In this document: positions 1 to 13,010 of the stretch, one piece after another | Layout: each line of letters opens with the position of its first letter | How positions within the stretch are numbered: position 1 is the first letter of the stretch | Source: Gracilinanus agilis | Taxonomy: Eukaryota | Length of the DNA stretch: 64,000 bases | Reading direction: 5' to 3' | Assembly: GCF_016433145.1 (NCBI RefSeq) | Contig: NC_058131.1 | Span: 485,677,229 to 485,741,228 of the forward strand | Position numbers and translations under genes: made by a program | Notes under the pieces: generated by a model | What the model was told of the DNA's origin: nothing | Databases searched by the model: none | Seen by the model: only the letters and a program-made list of their open reading frames with translations

Positions 1-14
1 TGTATAAGAGACAG

Positions 15-72
15 TCCTTCCTTCCTTCCTTCCTTCCTTCCTTCCTTCCTTCCTTCCTTCCTTTCCTTCTTT
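15..72. repeat. (TTCC)n microsatellite at the tail end of the adjacent SINE
   Basis: Direct tandem repeat. Confidence 0.95.
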
Positions 73-78
73 CTTCTC

Positions 79-258
79 TTAGAATCAATCAATACTATGT
101 ATTGGTTCCAAGGCAGAAGAGTGGTAAGGGCTAGGCAATGGAAGTTAAGTAACTTGCCCAGGGTCTCACAGCTAGGAAGTATCAGAAGTCAAATTTGAAC
201 CCAGGACTTCCCACCTCTAGGCTTGGCTCTGAACCCACTGATCCAACTAGCTGCCCCC
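79..258 (-). mobile_element. SINE1_Mdo-like opossum SINE
   Basis: Reverse complement begins GGGGGCAGCTAG, has a GGTTCAAAT B-box-like segment and the characteristic ccttaccactcttctgccttgg 3' part. Confidence 0.85.
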
Positions 259-289
259 AATCTTTACATTTCTGATAAGAGTTAAATGA

Positions 290-1510
290 TTATTATTACT
301 ATTACTGTGTACAACATTCTCCTGGTTCTGCTCACTTTACTTTGAATTACTTCATATAAGCCTTTCCAGGTTTTTTTGAGATCATCTTGTTCATCATTTC
401 TTATGGCACAATAGTTTTCTATTATAATCATATACCACAACTTCTTCAGCTGTTCTCTATTTGAAGAAATCCCTTTAGTTCCTAGTTCTTTGCTACCACA
501 AAAGAACTGCTATAAATATTTTTCTACAAGTAGATCCTTTCCCCTATCTTTGATCTCTTTGAAGTACAGACCTAGTAGTGATATTACTGGGTCAAAGAGT
601 ATGCATAAGTTTTATGGCCTTTTGGGTATGACTTCAAATTGCTTTCCAGAATGGTTGAATTGGTTCACAGCTTCACCAACAGTATATTAGTGCCCAAATT
701 TTTTCACTCCCCCTCCAACATTTATCATTTTCCCTTTTTCATATTAGGCAGTCTAATATGTATGAGGTGTTATCTCAGAATTGTTTGAATTTGCATTTCT
801 CAAATTAATCATGATTTTGAGCATTTTTTCATATGCCTGAAGATAGTTTTAATTTCTTCATCTGAGAATTATCTGTTCAGATCCTTTAACCACTTATTAT
901 TTGGGGAATGCTTTCTTATAAGTTTGACTCAGTTCTCTACATATTTGAGAAACGAGGCTTTTGTCATAGAAACTTGTTATATTTTTTCACTTTCTTATTT
1001 CCTTCCTAATCTTGGTTGCATTGATTTTGTTTGTGCAAAATCTTTTAATTTAATATATTCAAAATTATCAGTTTTGTACCTCATAATGTTTTCTGCTTCT
1101 TGGTTGGACATAAATTCTTCTTTTATCTGTAGATCTGACAGGCAAACTATTCCATGCCCCTCTAATTTGTTTATGGTTTCACCCTTAATCTATAAGTCTA
1201 ATATTAATTTTGACTTTACTTTGGTATATGGCATGAGGTGCTGGTCTAGACCTAGTTTCTGACATATTGGTTTTCAGTTTTCTCAAAAGTTTTTGTCAAA
1301 TAGTGAGTTCTTCCAAAAGTTTAGATTTGGGGGCTTGTCAAATATGAGGCTATCATAGTCATTTACTAGTGCATGTTGAATGCCTAATCTATTCCACTGA
1401 TCTACTTCTTAGCCAGTATCATATTGTTATGATGGTTACCACTTTGTAGTGCAATTTGAGATCCAATATACCTAAGCCATTTTCCTTTACATTTTTCCCC
1501 ATTAATTCCC
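290..1510 (-). mobile_element. Old L1 fragment (3' ORF2 plus 3' UTR)
   Basis: Minus strand near 1380-1500 gives a degenerate ORF2 C-terminal-like segment including VDQWNR; stops and frameshifts throughout. Confidence 0.75.
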
Positions 1511-2581
1511 TAAAGATAAAGATGTGTAATCCAGTCTTGTAATTGGGCCACATGAAAGGCAGTGTGATGGAGCCAAAGGTATGTTAGATTTAGTGAACTC
1601 TAGACCTTGTGCTAACTATCGGAGGTGGGGCAGGAAGTAGTTTTCCCTACCCCTGTTCTATTTGATTTAATTGTGGTAAGTAAGGAGACAAATAGAATTA
1701 AAAACCATTAATCTTCCCATTTGTGGAGTAAAGAGGAGCTAAGTTATCCTTTAGGTCACTTTCAACTTAAAAATTCTGTGATACTAAATGACAACTGCAA
1801 GCTACTGAATGGTCTCCTTCCATTGGTTGGTAACTTCCTAAATTTGCTTACCAATATGCCCTTTAATTCTTATTGTGAACAAAAAACAAACAAAAAAAAC
1901 CTCACTCTCTGGTAAACCTAGATAAGCCTTTTCAAATTTGGGTGGTCATTAATCAATACACTTGTCAATAATTGACATGGGTTTATTCAGTTATGTTTAT
2001 TTGTGTTTGACAGGTTGATTCGAAATGATGATTCCTTCAAGTAGGAAGTTAGAAGAATTAAATAGGAATTTTTGATTAATTCATACTGTTGTCTGTGATG
2101 AAGGATGGTCACTAGGAACACTGGGAATAAGAATTAAAAGCAATGCTTGTTCTCCTGTCTTTTTAGGACTTGGTGGCAAATAGCCCTATAACTTTTCCTA
2201 AATTCATGACCCTTTTTCTCTAGTTTTCAACAAGAATGACTAATATTTTTTTTTCTTCTCTGGAAACCTGCTCAAGTTTACATGCAATATTCTCTCTGAT
2301 GGTTGAAACAGATTTGTCATCTGTGATTGTGATGCACATGAGAATATTTTAACCAATATTCTTGCTGATTTCAGGACTGACTTTGCTCTTTGAAGCTCTA
2401 TCTGTTTCCAGGATTGCTTCTCTCCGGACAGATGTGAAGTTACTCTTTCTTGCTACATGCACAGTGAAAAGGGATCTCAGGACCCTCAGCTTGCATGGGT
2501 GGTTTTTGGGTGAAGGACAGAGCTAACTGCTCAGAAATTGAACAATTTTGGGATCTTGCATGAATTTTAAAATCATGCAAG

Positions 2582-2697
2582 GACATATTATGCTGCTCTT
2601 GTGTGTGTGTGCTGCTAATTCTCTTCTTTCTTTTTCCCCCCTTCCTTCTCCTCTTTCTTTCCTCTTCCTTTCCCTCCTTTTGGAAATGCCTCAACAG
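2582..2697 (+). promoter_or_regulatory. 3' splice-site region of the 18-nt exon: (TG)6, branch-point-like TGCTAAT, pyrimidine tract, UGC motif
   Basis: No AG from about 2582 to 2695; (TG)6 2600-2611; TGCTAAT 2613-2619; TGC 2687-2689. Confidence 0.75.
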
Positions 2698-2715
2698 ATG
2701 TCAGTCAAAGTCCAG
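2698..2715 (+). CDS. NRXN3: NRXN3 SS1 microexon, 18 nt, phase 1-1, (D)VSQSP
   Basis: Long pyrimidine tract, then tgcctcaacag|ATGTCAGTCAAAGTCCAG|gtgagt (strong donor). With a preceding G it reads GAT GTC AGT CAA AGT CCA G. Confidence 0.9.
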
Positions 2716-3034
2716 GTGAGTCTTTGTGTTTGACTGAGAAAGGGAGAATCCTTTCTTTATTTTGGATATGCATGTTTTGTGTGAATCTGTTTTTGCTGGG
2801 GGGGGGGGAATGATACCAGAGAATCTGATTTTTAGCACTGGAAAGAAGCCTTAGAGGCAATCTAATTGAAACCCTTCATTTTACAGATTAAAAGAAAATA
2901 ACAACAGAGCCTCAGAGAGTTAGTTTCTCAAGACCACTTAATAAGTGGTAGAACTATAAATTAAACAATAGGGATTCTTGTTGGATTTAGAATAACCTTT
3001 TTGAAGATAATCAAAAGATTATCCCCATCTCATA

Positions 3035-3205
3035 ATATATGCACATATACACACATAAATGTATATATAAATGTATATATTGTGTATATATGATGTATAT
3101 ATGCATATACACACATATATAAGTGCTTATATAAATATATATGTGTAAATGTTATACATATATAAATGTATGCATAACATACATTTATATGGTTATATAA
3201 TTATT
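3035..3205. repeat. TA/CA-rich low-complexity tract
   Basis: Degenerate (TA)n and (CATA)n repeats. Confidence 0.85.
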
Positions 3206-3324
3206 TCCTTCTTGTTCCTTTTTCAGTTTCACATATAATCTTTTTTATTTATAAAACATTATTTCTTGATGATTGTTAAATTTGGAATTAAAGAATTAAA
3301 TTAAAAAAGAAAGGTTTCATATTC

Positions 3325-3860
3325 ACTTAGTCAACAGTTATTTATTAAGTGTTTATTTTATGTCAGGCTACCCTATGCTAAACTCTAGGGCTTCAGAGAA
3401 AGGAAAATGTAATCCCTGCCCTCAAGGAGTTTACATTCTGATGGGAAGAGAGGATAAGTAAGTAACTAGGTACATATAAGATATGTAAAGGGTAAGCTGA
3501 GGGCAGTTAGGTGGCACAGTGGATAGATCACCAGGCCTGGAGTTGTGAGGATCTAAGTTCAAATCTGGTCTCAGACATTTCCTAGTTGTGTGACCCTGGG
3601 CAAGTCATTTATCCCTGTTTACCTAGCTCTTGCCCTTCTGCCTTAGAGTTGTTACTAAAACAGAAAGTAAGAGTTTTTTTTTTTGTTTGTTTTTTGTTGT
3701 TTTTTTTTTTTTTTTTTAGGGTAAATTTGGAGGTAGATGAAAGGAGACTGAAAAATACCTATTATAGAGGGTGGGATTTGAATTGAGTCTTGAAGGAAGC
3801 CACTATTTAATGGATTTTGGGTATACCTAGAAAGTGAAGGCTGAAGCTTTGGGAAAATGA
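3325..3860 (-). mobile_element. L2 3' remnant interrupted by a SINE and poly-T
   Basis: tatttattaagtg...ccctgccctcaaggagtttacattctg is typical of the antisense L2 3' end. Confidence 0.6.
3501..3675 (+). mobile_element. SINE1/SINE2_Mdo-like SINE
   Basis: GGGCAGTTAGGTGGCACAGTGGATAG...GTTCAAATCTGG...GTGTGACCCTGGGCAAGTCA. Confidence 0.8.
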
Positions 3861-4334
3861 TTTTCAAATCATTCTCCAGTTATAAATCAACCAGCTTGTT
3901 GAGCATGTTAGCCTTATTCTTCTCATCTCAGCTTCTCAATTGTTAGGTACTGACCATTTCAGGATCAGGGCTGTATTTTGGATAATATGATATATCTCAA
4001 AGAGTTTTCTAGTCATATAACAAGAAAAAAACTGTCCTTTTGATAATCTATTTTTATCTTTCTAAATTGCATACATCTATTTTTTCTCTTAAGCTATGTA
4101 TATGCCATGGTCCATTTGTGTTAACCTGCCATTTGCAAAAACACATATGAATGGGTAGATGGAACTGACTCAGGTTTGGATGACTATTTAAGGACATTCA
4201 AAACCACTGGGGCTATTAGCTTTGAATTGAGTTTACTGAGATATTGATTTGAACTAAAGAGAATAAGTAGCCGTACATCCCATTCCTTCCCCCTTGCCAC
4301 AATAGGAATGAATCCAGTCCAACCCTTTGTAATC

Positions 4335-4537
4335 CTCTTTGGGGTTTTCTTGGCAAAGATACTGGAGTGGTTTGCTGCAGATCATTTAACATTTGAGGAA
4401 ACTGAGGCTACCAGGGCTAAATGACTTGCCCAGGGTTACACAGCTAGGAAGTATCTGAGGCCAGATTTGAACTCAGTAAAATGAGTTTTTCTGACTCTAG
4501 GCCCAGCACTCTACTCACTGAGCCACCTAGCTGCCCT
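4335..4537 (-). mobile_element. MAR1-like CORE-SINE
   Basis: ggggttttcttggcaaagatactggagtggtttgc plus core gaggaaactgaggc. Confidence 0.75.
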
Positions 4538-5229
4538 ATCAGTTGCCTCACAGAGTCATAAAACAAAAGTTTCTCAAAGATTGATTATCTCATTATCTTC
4601 TCCTTTTGCCAATACCTTCTAAGAGGATCATTGTTTATTAGATCAAGCAGAGTTAATCTGACACCTTTAATACTCTTATCTCTCTTTCAAATTGTATACC
4701 CACATATTTGGTTTTGAATTTATTTCTACTTAGACCAGGGTCATTTAGCTGGCCTTTAATGTAGGCTTTAACTCCCTTTCCATAATCACTGCTCCCTAAT
4801 TTTTTGTTGCAGTTCCAATATAAACAAAAGAAATAATGCTTTAAGACAAAGCTTTACAGAAGGAACATCTATCTCATTTAAGATCATTAATGTGTCCTAA
4901 TTTTTGGTGTGGAAATATTGCTACCATAAATATGATATATAAGAGATACACCCAAAAGTAAGTCAATAAGTTGAATTTAAGCAGATCTTCAAAATGTCTT
5001 CTTAACAGAAACATCAAGAAAACTATTGCTAAGTTTATGTTGCAGAAGCTATGAGTACTATATATTCTGTCAAAGTGATGAGGATATGTAGAAATGTATG
5101 TAGGCTAATAATGTCTTTGGAAAAGGAAAAGTTATTGTATTTATTGACTTTCCATCACAGTAATCATAACTTTAAAGAAATTAAATTATCCACATGCTGG
5201 CTAGTTGTGAATTTTCCCCCAAGTTGTAT

Positions 5230-6010
5230 ATCCTGGGCCTTTTTCTTTTCTCTGTCCAAATCTCTTTCTCTCTCTCTCAGTGCTGTCATTGACTCCCATT
5301 GGTTTAATTACCATTTCATGCAAATGACTTCCAAGACCTCCATATTCATCCTAAGGAAGAGTTTCACATTATCAACTGCTTTTTGGACATCTCTATCTTG
5401 ATATCTATTATATATATGTATATATATTCTATATATCTTATATACAACCAAATAGAACTTTTCTTTCCATCTACCTCTCTACATCCATCCCTCCTCCAAA
5501 CTTTTCATTTTCTATTGAGATGTCATCATTCTTCCAGTCACCCAGATTTGCAACTGTAGAAGCTTCCCTTCTCTTTCACTCTACCTATATACAGGAAGTT
5601 ACCAAATCTTGTTCACTCAGCTTCCACATCTCTCCTATCTCTCCCCTTTTCTCTTCTTACACAGCTACCATGCCAGTTCAGGATTTCATCACCTTTTGCA
5701 TGGACAATTGCAACATCCTCCTAACTGAACTTCTGGCATCTAACCTCCTCCCTCTCTAATTCAGTCTTTACCCAGCTGCCAAAATAATCATCCTGAAGTT
5801 CATAAGATGATGTCACTTCTGTGCTAAAAAAAATTGGTGATTCCTTTTTTCTTCTAGAACAAAACAGGAACTTCTCAGATTGACATTTAAATCTTAGCTC
5901 CTTTCCAATTTTATTTCAAATTATCTCCATTTATGTAATCTACATTCTAGGTCAAACTGGCCAACTTGATGTTCGCTGTATTTAACACCAAATGACCACT
6001 TTTGAATCTT
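5230..6010 (+). mobile_element. L2 fragment
   Basis: Degenerate L2-like pyrimidine-rich ORF2 3' sequence (ttcatcacc...ggacaattgcaacatcctcctaactg...gctgcc). Confidence 0.65.
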
Positions 6011-6239
6011 CATATCCATTGATTTCTTCAAGCCACAACTAATATTCCATGATTGTTACTGCTCTCCTCTACTCTCTGGTGTTCTCTCCATTCTTCTCCT
6101 CTTCCTTCTCTCAACTATACATACATCTATACATACATAGGTATATATGCATACAAAAATATATAGTCACTTATTCATTTATCTAGCAATCTATTCATCA
6201 GATCATACATTTACCTGTTGTATTCTTTTTTTTTTTTTT

Positions 6240-6449
6240 TAAACTTCTTACCTTTTTTAAACTCTTACCTTTTGTCTTAGAATCAATGCTAAGCATTTCC
6301 AAGGCAGAATCATGACAAAGGCTAGGTAGCTGAGGGTAAGTGACTTGCTTTTTGGGCATAGTTAGGAAGTATCTGAGGCCACATTTGAACCCAGGACCTC
6401 CCTTCTCTAGGCTTGGCTCTCAATCCACTGAGCCACATATCTGCCCCCT
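6240..6449 (-). mobile_element. SINE1_Mdo-like SINE
   Basis: Same family motifs as 79-258, with a poly-T (antisense tail). Confidence 0.8.
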
Positions 6450-8859
6450 ATGTTTTATATTCATATATAATTTTACTTGAATAACCTACTTGAGGGTAGT
6501 TGTTTTTGTTTTGTGTCACCATTAGCTGGGTAAATACACTAATGCACAACACATCATTTCTCAGGTATATTAGTTAATAAAATGTTTTCTTTGTGATAGA
6601 TATTTGATTTCTTAGTTTCTTTTTTTTGTTCAATTTTTCAGTTTTCATTTTCATTGAATGAAGAGACTCACGGTTTAATTTAGTCCTGCTTCCTGAATTC
6701 TTCCTGTATTAGACATTTCTAGAGAAGAATAAATTCAGAATAGTTTAGTTACCACAGTGGTATAGTGTGACCACAGTCAGAACATGGCTTCTTATAATTT
6801 CCCTCTTCAATGTATGGAAGCATCTGCTTTTACTTAGGGGATCTTCTAATGGTTTTGCATCTGAGGTTTAAGGTCACATGGCTGGTAGCCAACATTTATT
6901 GTCCTCTAACCCTCTTTCCTCAGACCTTCTTATCTATAACTCCTGTACATAAAACCCTCTAGAGTTGACTGCCTTCATAGCGATAGCTGTCTGATGCATT
7001 CACTCTAAACTCTGGGCAAGTCTGGCCTTGGATGAGGTGACTTTATGATCTATATCTTGTGTGACCCTTGCGAGGCAATATGGATCCAGTCAGTGGTGCT
7101 TTCAAAATACTTTAGCTTTAGTTTGAACAGTCTCCTTTCTGCCCTACTTTGAGCCCTCCTCAAATGCTTTCAGGAAAACAAATAGGACATTTCACAAACT
7201 AACATAATTCTTTACCCATGGGCAGCTAGAAGACTATAAAGGGCCAATTGATTAATTTTGCGTGTTGAGTGAATGTGTTAGAAGCAAACCTATGGTAAAA
7301 CACTACTCCTGGTCAGTGGGGCCTTGGGTAAAGGGAATAAACATTGCCTAGAACTGAAGGATGTCTCCAGCATGGAAGTCTTTCCTTCAGTTTTCCCACC
7401 TCAGGGAGGAGAGGAAGATTTTTTTTTTTTCTAAGTTTGCCTACCCTGTTGGAAATAGATTCAGAATCTTGTGTGGTGATGTAGCCCACATCATGGGCTT
7501 TGTGGGTCTCAGACTAAATGGAATTGAATTTTAAAATCCCAACTTTGTGGAGGCCATTCTTAGTCATCCATGATTAAGACAATGGTTTTAGAATGGGGGA
7601 CCTGGATTTAAGTCTTGGTTCTGCTATTTAGTATTTGTCTGACCTTGGCCAAATTACTTAACCCATTTTTATCATTTCCTCAGCTCTAAAATAGGGGAGT
7701 TGGAACATTAGAATAATGGAAATGATGCTAAACTTGAAGTCAAAAGCTCCTGAGTTCAAACCCTAGCATTACCATTTAAAATACCTTGTGACTTTGGGCA
7801 AGTCATTAAGCCTTAATGGGCTGGGCTGGGTAGGTGGGAGGGAAGAGAGTGTTTATTATGTTCTTACTATGTGCAAGGCACTCTGCTAAGCACTGAAGAT
7901 ATAAATACTAGCAAAGGAGACAATTCCTATCCTCAGGGAGCTTATGCTAATGAGAGAAGAAAACACATAAAAGGGATCTAGAAAATGAAGATGAAGAGGG
8001 TGCAAAGATGCTGTTTAAAAGGCGTAGAGGGAAGTCTACTTTGAGAGGCTGGGATCTCTCCTGAAATGGTGGTTTGGTCTAAGGACTCATTAGTCTTTGG
8101 ACCCAATGGACTCCATCTACTTAAATGCTTTTTTGGCAAGTCATTTATGCCTTTTTCACATCTGAATCTATGACTAGGTGACTTCTAAAGTCTCTTCCAA
8201 CTCTAAATCTCTGTTCCTATAAGTTGCCTGTTTTGGAGACACCCTTCCCACTCCTTCATTCCACCAGCCTCTTTCTCCTGAGCTGTTTGGGTGAGACCAA
8301 GCTGACAGAATCAGCTGAATTGAGATGAGGAAGCTTAGAGAAGGGAGTAGGAGGAAGATGAGGACAGCAATCTTGGAATTCAGTGTGAACCATTTTTGAC
8401 AGCTTGCTTGCTCTAGGCTGGATGGAGGAGCTAGAGGGTGAGGGGCAACTGGGTGGCACCCTCTCGGTGTGTAAGAGACTTACTCCTTGGCCTCCCTCCC
8501 TTTTGTCCTCTCCCCCATCCCACCTCCATCAAGTTGGGGCTGTTTATAGTGTTCTAGTGACAGCCTCCCTTCTTAGAAGGGATAATAACTCAGGCCTTGG
8601 CTGCTGATTAGAGTTTGAATTTAAATGAATAACTTTGACCTTGTTGAAGTGCCCTAGTTATTCAGAGACCTGATGAGGAAATAGTCCTCTTGCTCTGAGT
8701 CCACAATAGTATTGGCAGGAAAATAGGGGAGGGGAGGGAGGGAGAAGGTGAGGGCTAATTGAATCCTTTACAGAGCTGCTTATCCATCTTTTTGAAGCTA
8801 CCTTTTACCCAACTCTTACCTGTCACTCTGCACAGCACCTATACTCTTATGTAAAACCA

Positions 8860-9240
8860 TCTTGATGATGGGCTAAACCAGGCTGAGGGTAACTGACAGG
8901 CTTCAAACCCACTTGTGTGAGCTGGTGGGGGGAGGGTGTCTACCCCAGGCATAGGAAGATTTCCTCCAGTGGAATGGGCAGATGAAAATAATTTGTTCTG
9001 ATGACCACAAAGGAAGCTGAAGCAGGTGCTGAGGAAAACTTAGAACTTGGTCAGATATGGAAGATGCTAAGATCATCCACCATACCTTGAGCCATCATCA
9101 GTGTATTTTGTCTTGTTACTGGACTTTGATGACTCTGGAAGAGAGAATGAGGCTTTGTCTCACTTAAATCTAATTCATATGCTAGTTAAGACATCATTCT
9201 GTGATGTCACTGGTCCTCTCTGAAAAATGGAACAACAAAT
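8860..9240 (+). mobile_element. Marsupial interspersed repeat, probably an RTE-associated SINE (MdoRep1/RTESINE-like)
   Basis: A second copy lies in opposite orientation at 52915-53140 (shared ctggactttgatgactctggaagagag and cacttaaatctaattcat segments). Family name is from memory. Confidence 0.55.
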
Positions 9241-10555
9241 TTTAGAAGTTGAGGGTTAGGTAGTGGAGGAAAATTGAGTTTCTAGATGCCTTATGTATCT
9301 TTTTTCTGTGGCTGTTCCTTCCAAATACATACCCCACTGAGCCTTGTGAACTTTTAGACACTTGTATTTACATACTTTCCATTCTCTGTATTCTGTACTC
9401 ATGACTTTCATTTACCTTCTCTTCTTCCCAATCTAAACTTCATGACAACTATAATGAGTCTCTCTATATTCAGTCCTGTGGCCATCTTATCCCCCCATCC
9501 TCAATGGACTGATGTCACCTAGAATGAGATCTTGGAAGAAAGAGCTACTGAGAAATTGAGAGAATAATATGATTTGCAACTGGAAAGACTTTGAGAATTT
9601 GACAAATCCCATCCTTACAGGTTCAATTCCCTCATTTTACTGATAAGGAAACTAAAGGCCCCAGAAGCTAAGAAACTTGCCTAAGAAAACAGTCAGTAGC
9701 AGAGAAGAGGAATATGACATCTTTCTTTCATTGAATGGTATCCTGTAGCATCTAGTTCTAGAAGTGTGGGTATATCTTTTCTTTCTCCCATGCTTTTGAT
9801 GGCAGAAGGTGCCTTCTGTTTCCCTCTTTCTAATACTTGCATAGGGTATCACTGCTTAACCTGAGGGTAGAGTATAAACTCAAGGCTATCTTGAAAATAC
9901 TTATTTTCCCTTTTTCCCCCCTCCAAAAAAGTTTTTATCACCACTGGGGCACAATTCAAGAGAGACCAGGCAGAAGGGAACGGAGGTAGAATTTATATTT
10001 TGGAATTTATATTTGTAATTGGATTGGAAGGAGGCTTTAGGCTAAACTAACCATGCTTAGCTTCCAGCCAACTACCCGGCTGGGGGTTGGAAAGAACCCC
10101 TTGGCTACTGTATGTATATGTTCTTGATCAACAAAGTATGAGTGAATAGCTGCTTCCCTGCTTGCATGACAGCTTTGGTTGTCTGTAAGGACACAGGAAT
10201 GTATGTGCCTGATGTGGAATCCATGACTGGGCCTTCTTCTTTAGATTCTCTTCATGCCTCCCTATAGAAAAGGGAATCTGGTGAGAATTATTGAAGGAGC
10301 TTACTTACTTAGTTCTCATTTAAGAACTAGAGCCAGGAGGAGATTAGAACTAGAAGGTGTTATGGATGCTGCTCTGGAAGGGATCTAGGGAAGTCATTGA
10401 TTACCCTTTATGGTCAAAAGTTGTCAAATACTTACAAATGACTGTGAACCATGCTCAATAAACAAGACAACTTTGAAAAATGTGAAGAAAGATATTTAAT
10501 GATGTCCTATAAACATATGGTCTTTTGGGTAAATTTTCATTAATACAAACATTTA

Positions 10556-10746
10556 GGTAGCTAGGTGGCACAGTAGATAAAGTGCTGGTCTGTAGTCAGG
10601 GAAACTGAGTTCATATCTGGCCTTATGACTGCAAAATGGGGATAAAAATAGCATCTACCCAACAGGGTTGTTGTTCGGATCAAATGAAATATTTATAAAG
10701 CACTTTACACAGTACCTGGCACAAAGTAGGCAGTTAATAAATGCTT
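10556..10746 (+). mobile_element. MIR/MAR-type CORE-SINE
   Basis: aaaatggggataaaaatagcatctacc...gttgttcggatcaaatg...cacagtacctggcac. Confidence 0.7.
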
Positions 10747-10835
10747 TCCTCCCATCAACTTAAATTAATAAAAAGATGGCTTCTACAAAACAAGTCTATC
10801 GTTCTTAATTCTTAAAAAAACAAACAAACCCCCAA

Positions 10836-11029
10836 AACCCTTACTTTCCATCTTAGAATCAATAGTATGTAATGGTTCTAAGGGAGAAGAGCGGCAAAGG
10901 CTAGGAAATGGGGTTTAAGTAATTTGCCTAGGGTCACACAGGAAGTGGCTGAGGTTAAATTTGAACTCAGGACCTGGGTTCTCCCATCTCCAGGTCTGGC
11001 TTAATCTACTGAATCACCTAGCGGCCCCC
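10836..11029 (-). mobile_element. SINE1_Mdo-like SINE
   Basis: Family motifs as above. Confidence 0.8.
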
Positions 11030-12480
11030 TAACATTCTTAATTCTTAACAATTATCCTAACAAAATAGACAATAAAATTTCCAGAAAATATTACAAAATT
11101 AGATTTTTCTTAGTCTAATTCTTCTTTTGTTGGGTCTTTCTTAGCTATTCAGCTTGGCAAAGCTAGCTAGCTAATAGAATCAATTGAGAGCTACATGAGC
11201 TTGTAGAGCTCATTTAGTCCAACATTTTGCAGACAAAGAAACTGAGGTCTAGAGAGATTCATTGACTTTTCCAAAGCTCCAGAGTTAGTAAGTGGCGGAC
11301 AAAGGATTTGAATTCAGGTTCTCTGACTACAATGAGGATCATAGATTTAGTTCTGAAAAGGACAATAGAAGTCATCTAGGTTGAATCTCTTCATTTTTTA
11401 CAGATAAGAGAACCTGGACCCAGAAAAGGTGAATGAATTCCTTAATATCATGCAGATAAAAATAGCAGAGGCAGGATTTGAACCTAGTTCTCTAACTACA
11501 AATCCAGAAGCTTTGCATTACTCCATTGAGCCATGTATATCTTCTCCCTATATTTGTCGATATTCCTAGTCTAGTAAGATCACGTGCCCTTCTTGCTATA
11601 GCCTGTTTTTCTTATCTCTTGAGGGATAGAGGCAAAATCACAATTTCCATATTCTAAGGTCCATGCCAGGTCTGGCATCTCTTTGGAATCAAGGACCTTC
11701 TGGACCTGGTAGAAACAGTTATCCTCTCAATACAGATCTATGTGGGAGCTGAAGTAGGGCTGGGGGAGGGAGGGAGGGACCCATATGTTATTATGCTCCC
11801 CTATTTCAATTCCAAATAGCTAAAAGGTAATGAGGCATGAATTGATAATTACAATATTGCCACGCACAGCGAGACAGGAAAGATTCAAACAAAGGGGACC
11901 TCAGGGATCATTTAATCCAGCCTCCTAATTTTACAGAGAGGGAAACTTAGGCCTGGAGAGTGACTTGCCTAAGGTCACGTAACTATATATGGGACTAGAA
12001 CACAACTTTCCTATTTATTTAGTACCTTACATAATATTTTCACAAAGTTTTTTTCACAAAATTTTTTTACAGCAACTCAATAAGTAGTATATCCTTATTC
12101 CCATTTTACAGATGAGTGCCCTATCTGCTATGCCACCATCTGCCTTCTGACTTTTGACCATTCCATTTTAGAACAGCTTAAACTATTAATCTTCTTTATA
12201 CTGAATAGAAATCTGTTTCTGTAACTTCTGCCCATTGATCTTCATTCTTTCCAAGTTCAAGGAGAGCAAGAGCCATCCCTCTTCCATGTGATAGCTTTTT
12301 CCATATCTGAACACAATAATGACGTTCATCTTAAGTGTTCTTAAGTTGAAGGCTTCTTGGTTTCTTCCACTGTCCCTCATATTGCATGATTTTGAGTCCT
12401 TTTAACATATTGATTGTTCTTCTCTGGATAGGTGTCAATTTATTTCCTTTCTGATATGGGACCTTTACTCAGACACTTAC

Positions 12481-12682
12481 TTTTTTTTTTTAACCCTTAC
12501 CTTCCATCTTGGAGTCAATACTGTGTATTGGCTCCAAGGCAGAAGAGTGGTAAGGGTAGGCAATGGGGGTCAAGTGCCTTGCCCAGGGTCACCCAGCTGG
12601 GAAGTGTCTGAGGCCAGATTTGAACCCAGGACCTCCCATCTCTAGGCCTGGCTCTCAATCCACTGAGCTACTCAGTTGCCCC
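12481..12682 (-). mobile_element. Young SINE1_Mdo with near-perfect target-site duplication
   Basis: Near-consensus body flanked by tcagacacttac (12469-12480) and tcagacactaac (12683-12694). Confidence 0.9.
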
Positions 12683-12733
12683 TCAGACACTAACTTTTGA
12701 TGCTTTCTGACTGGACAGAATGCAATGAGTGTA

Positions 12734-13010
12734 GCCAGCATGGGGGCACATGCCTGTCTTACTTCTTATTAGGAAGACAGCTTGGTGGATTGCTTGAGGT
12801 CAGGAGTTCTGAGTAGCAGTAGATTAAGTTAATGGGGTATATATACTAACTTCAGCATTAATATAGTGATCCTCTCAGAGAAGGGGTGGAGGGGTGCTGA
12901 GGCTGCTTACAGAGAGGTGAACTGCTCCAGGTCAGAAATGAAGTTCCTATGGCAAATATAATGGAATGAGTAGGAGAGTAATAAACTTCCAGACTAGTCA
13001 AGAGAGGGAA
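12734..13010 (+). pseudogene. Degenerate 7SL (SRP RNA) retrocopy
   Basis: Colinear with 7SL: gcacatgcctgt...ggattgcttgaggtcaggagttctgag...cactaa-like...cagcattaatatagtga...gaggtgaac...caggtcagaaa...ttccagact. Includes the S domain, so not an Alu. Confidence 0.75.

Noticed and set aside
2014-2040. 27-nt pseudo-exon (tttgacag|...|gtagga)
   Set aside because: Weak donor and an immediate in-frame TGA; no supporting motif architecture.
12734-13010. Functional 7SL/SRP RNA gene
   Set aside because: Heavily CpG-decayed and diverged, with indels.
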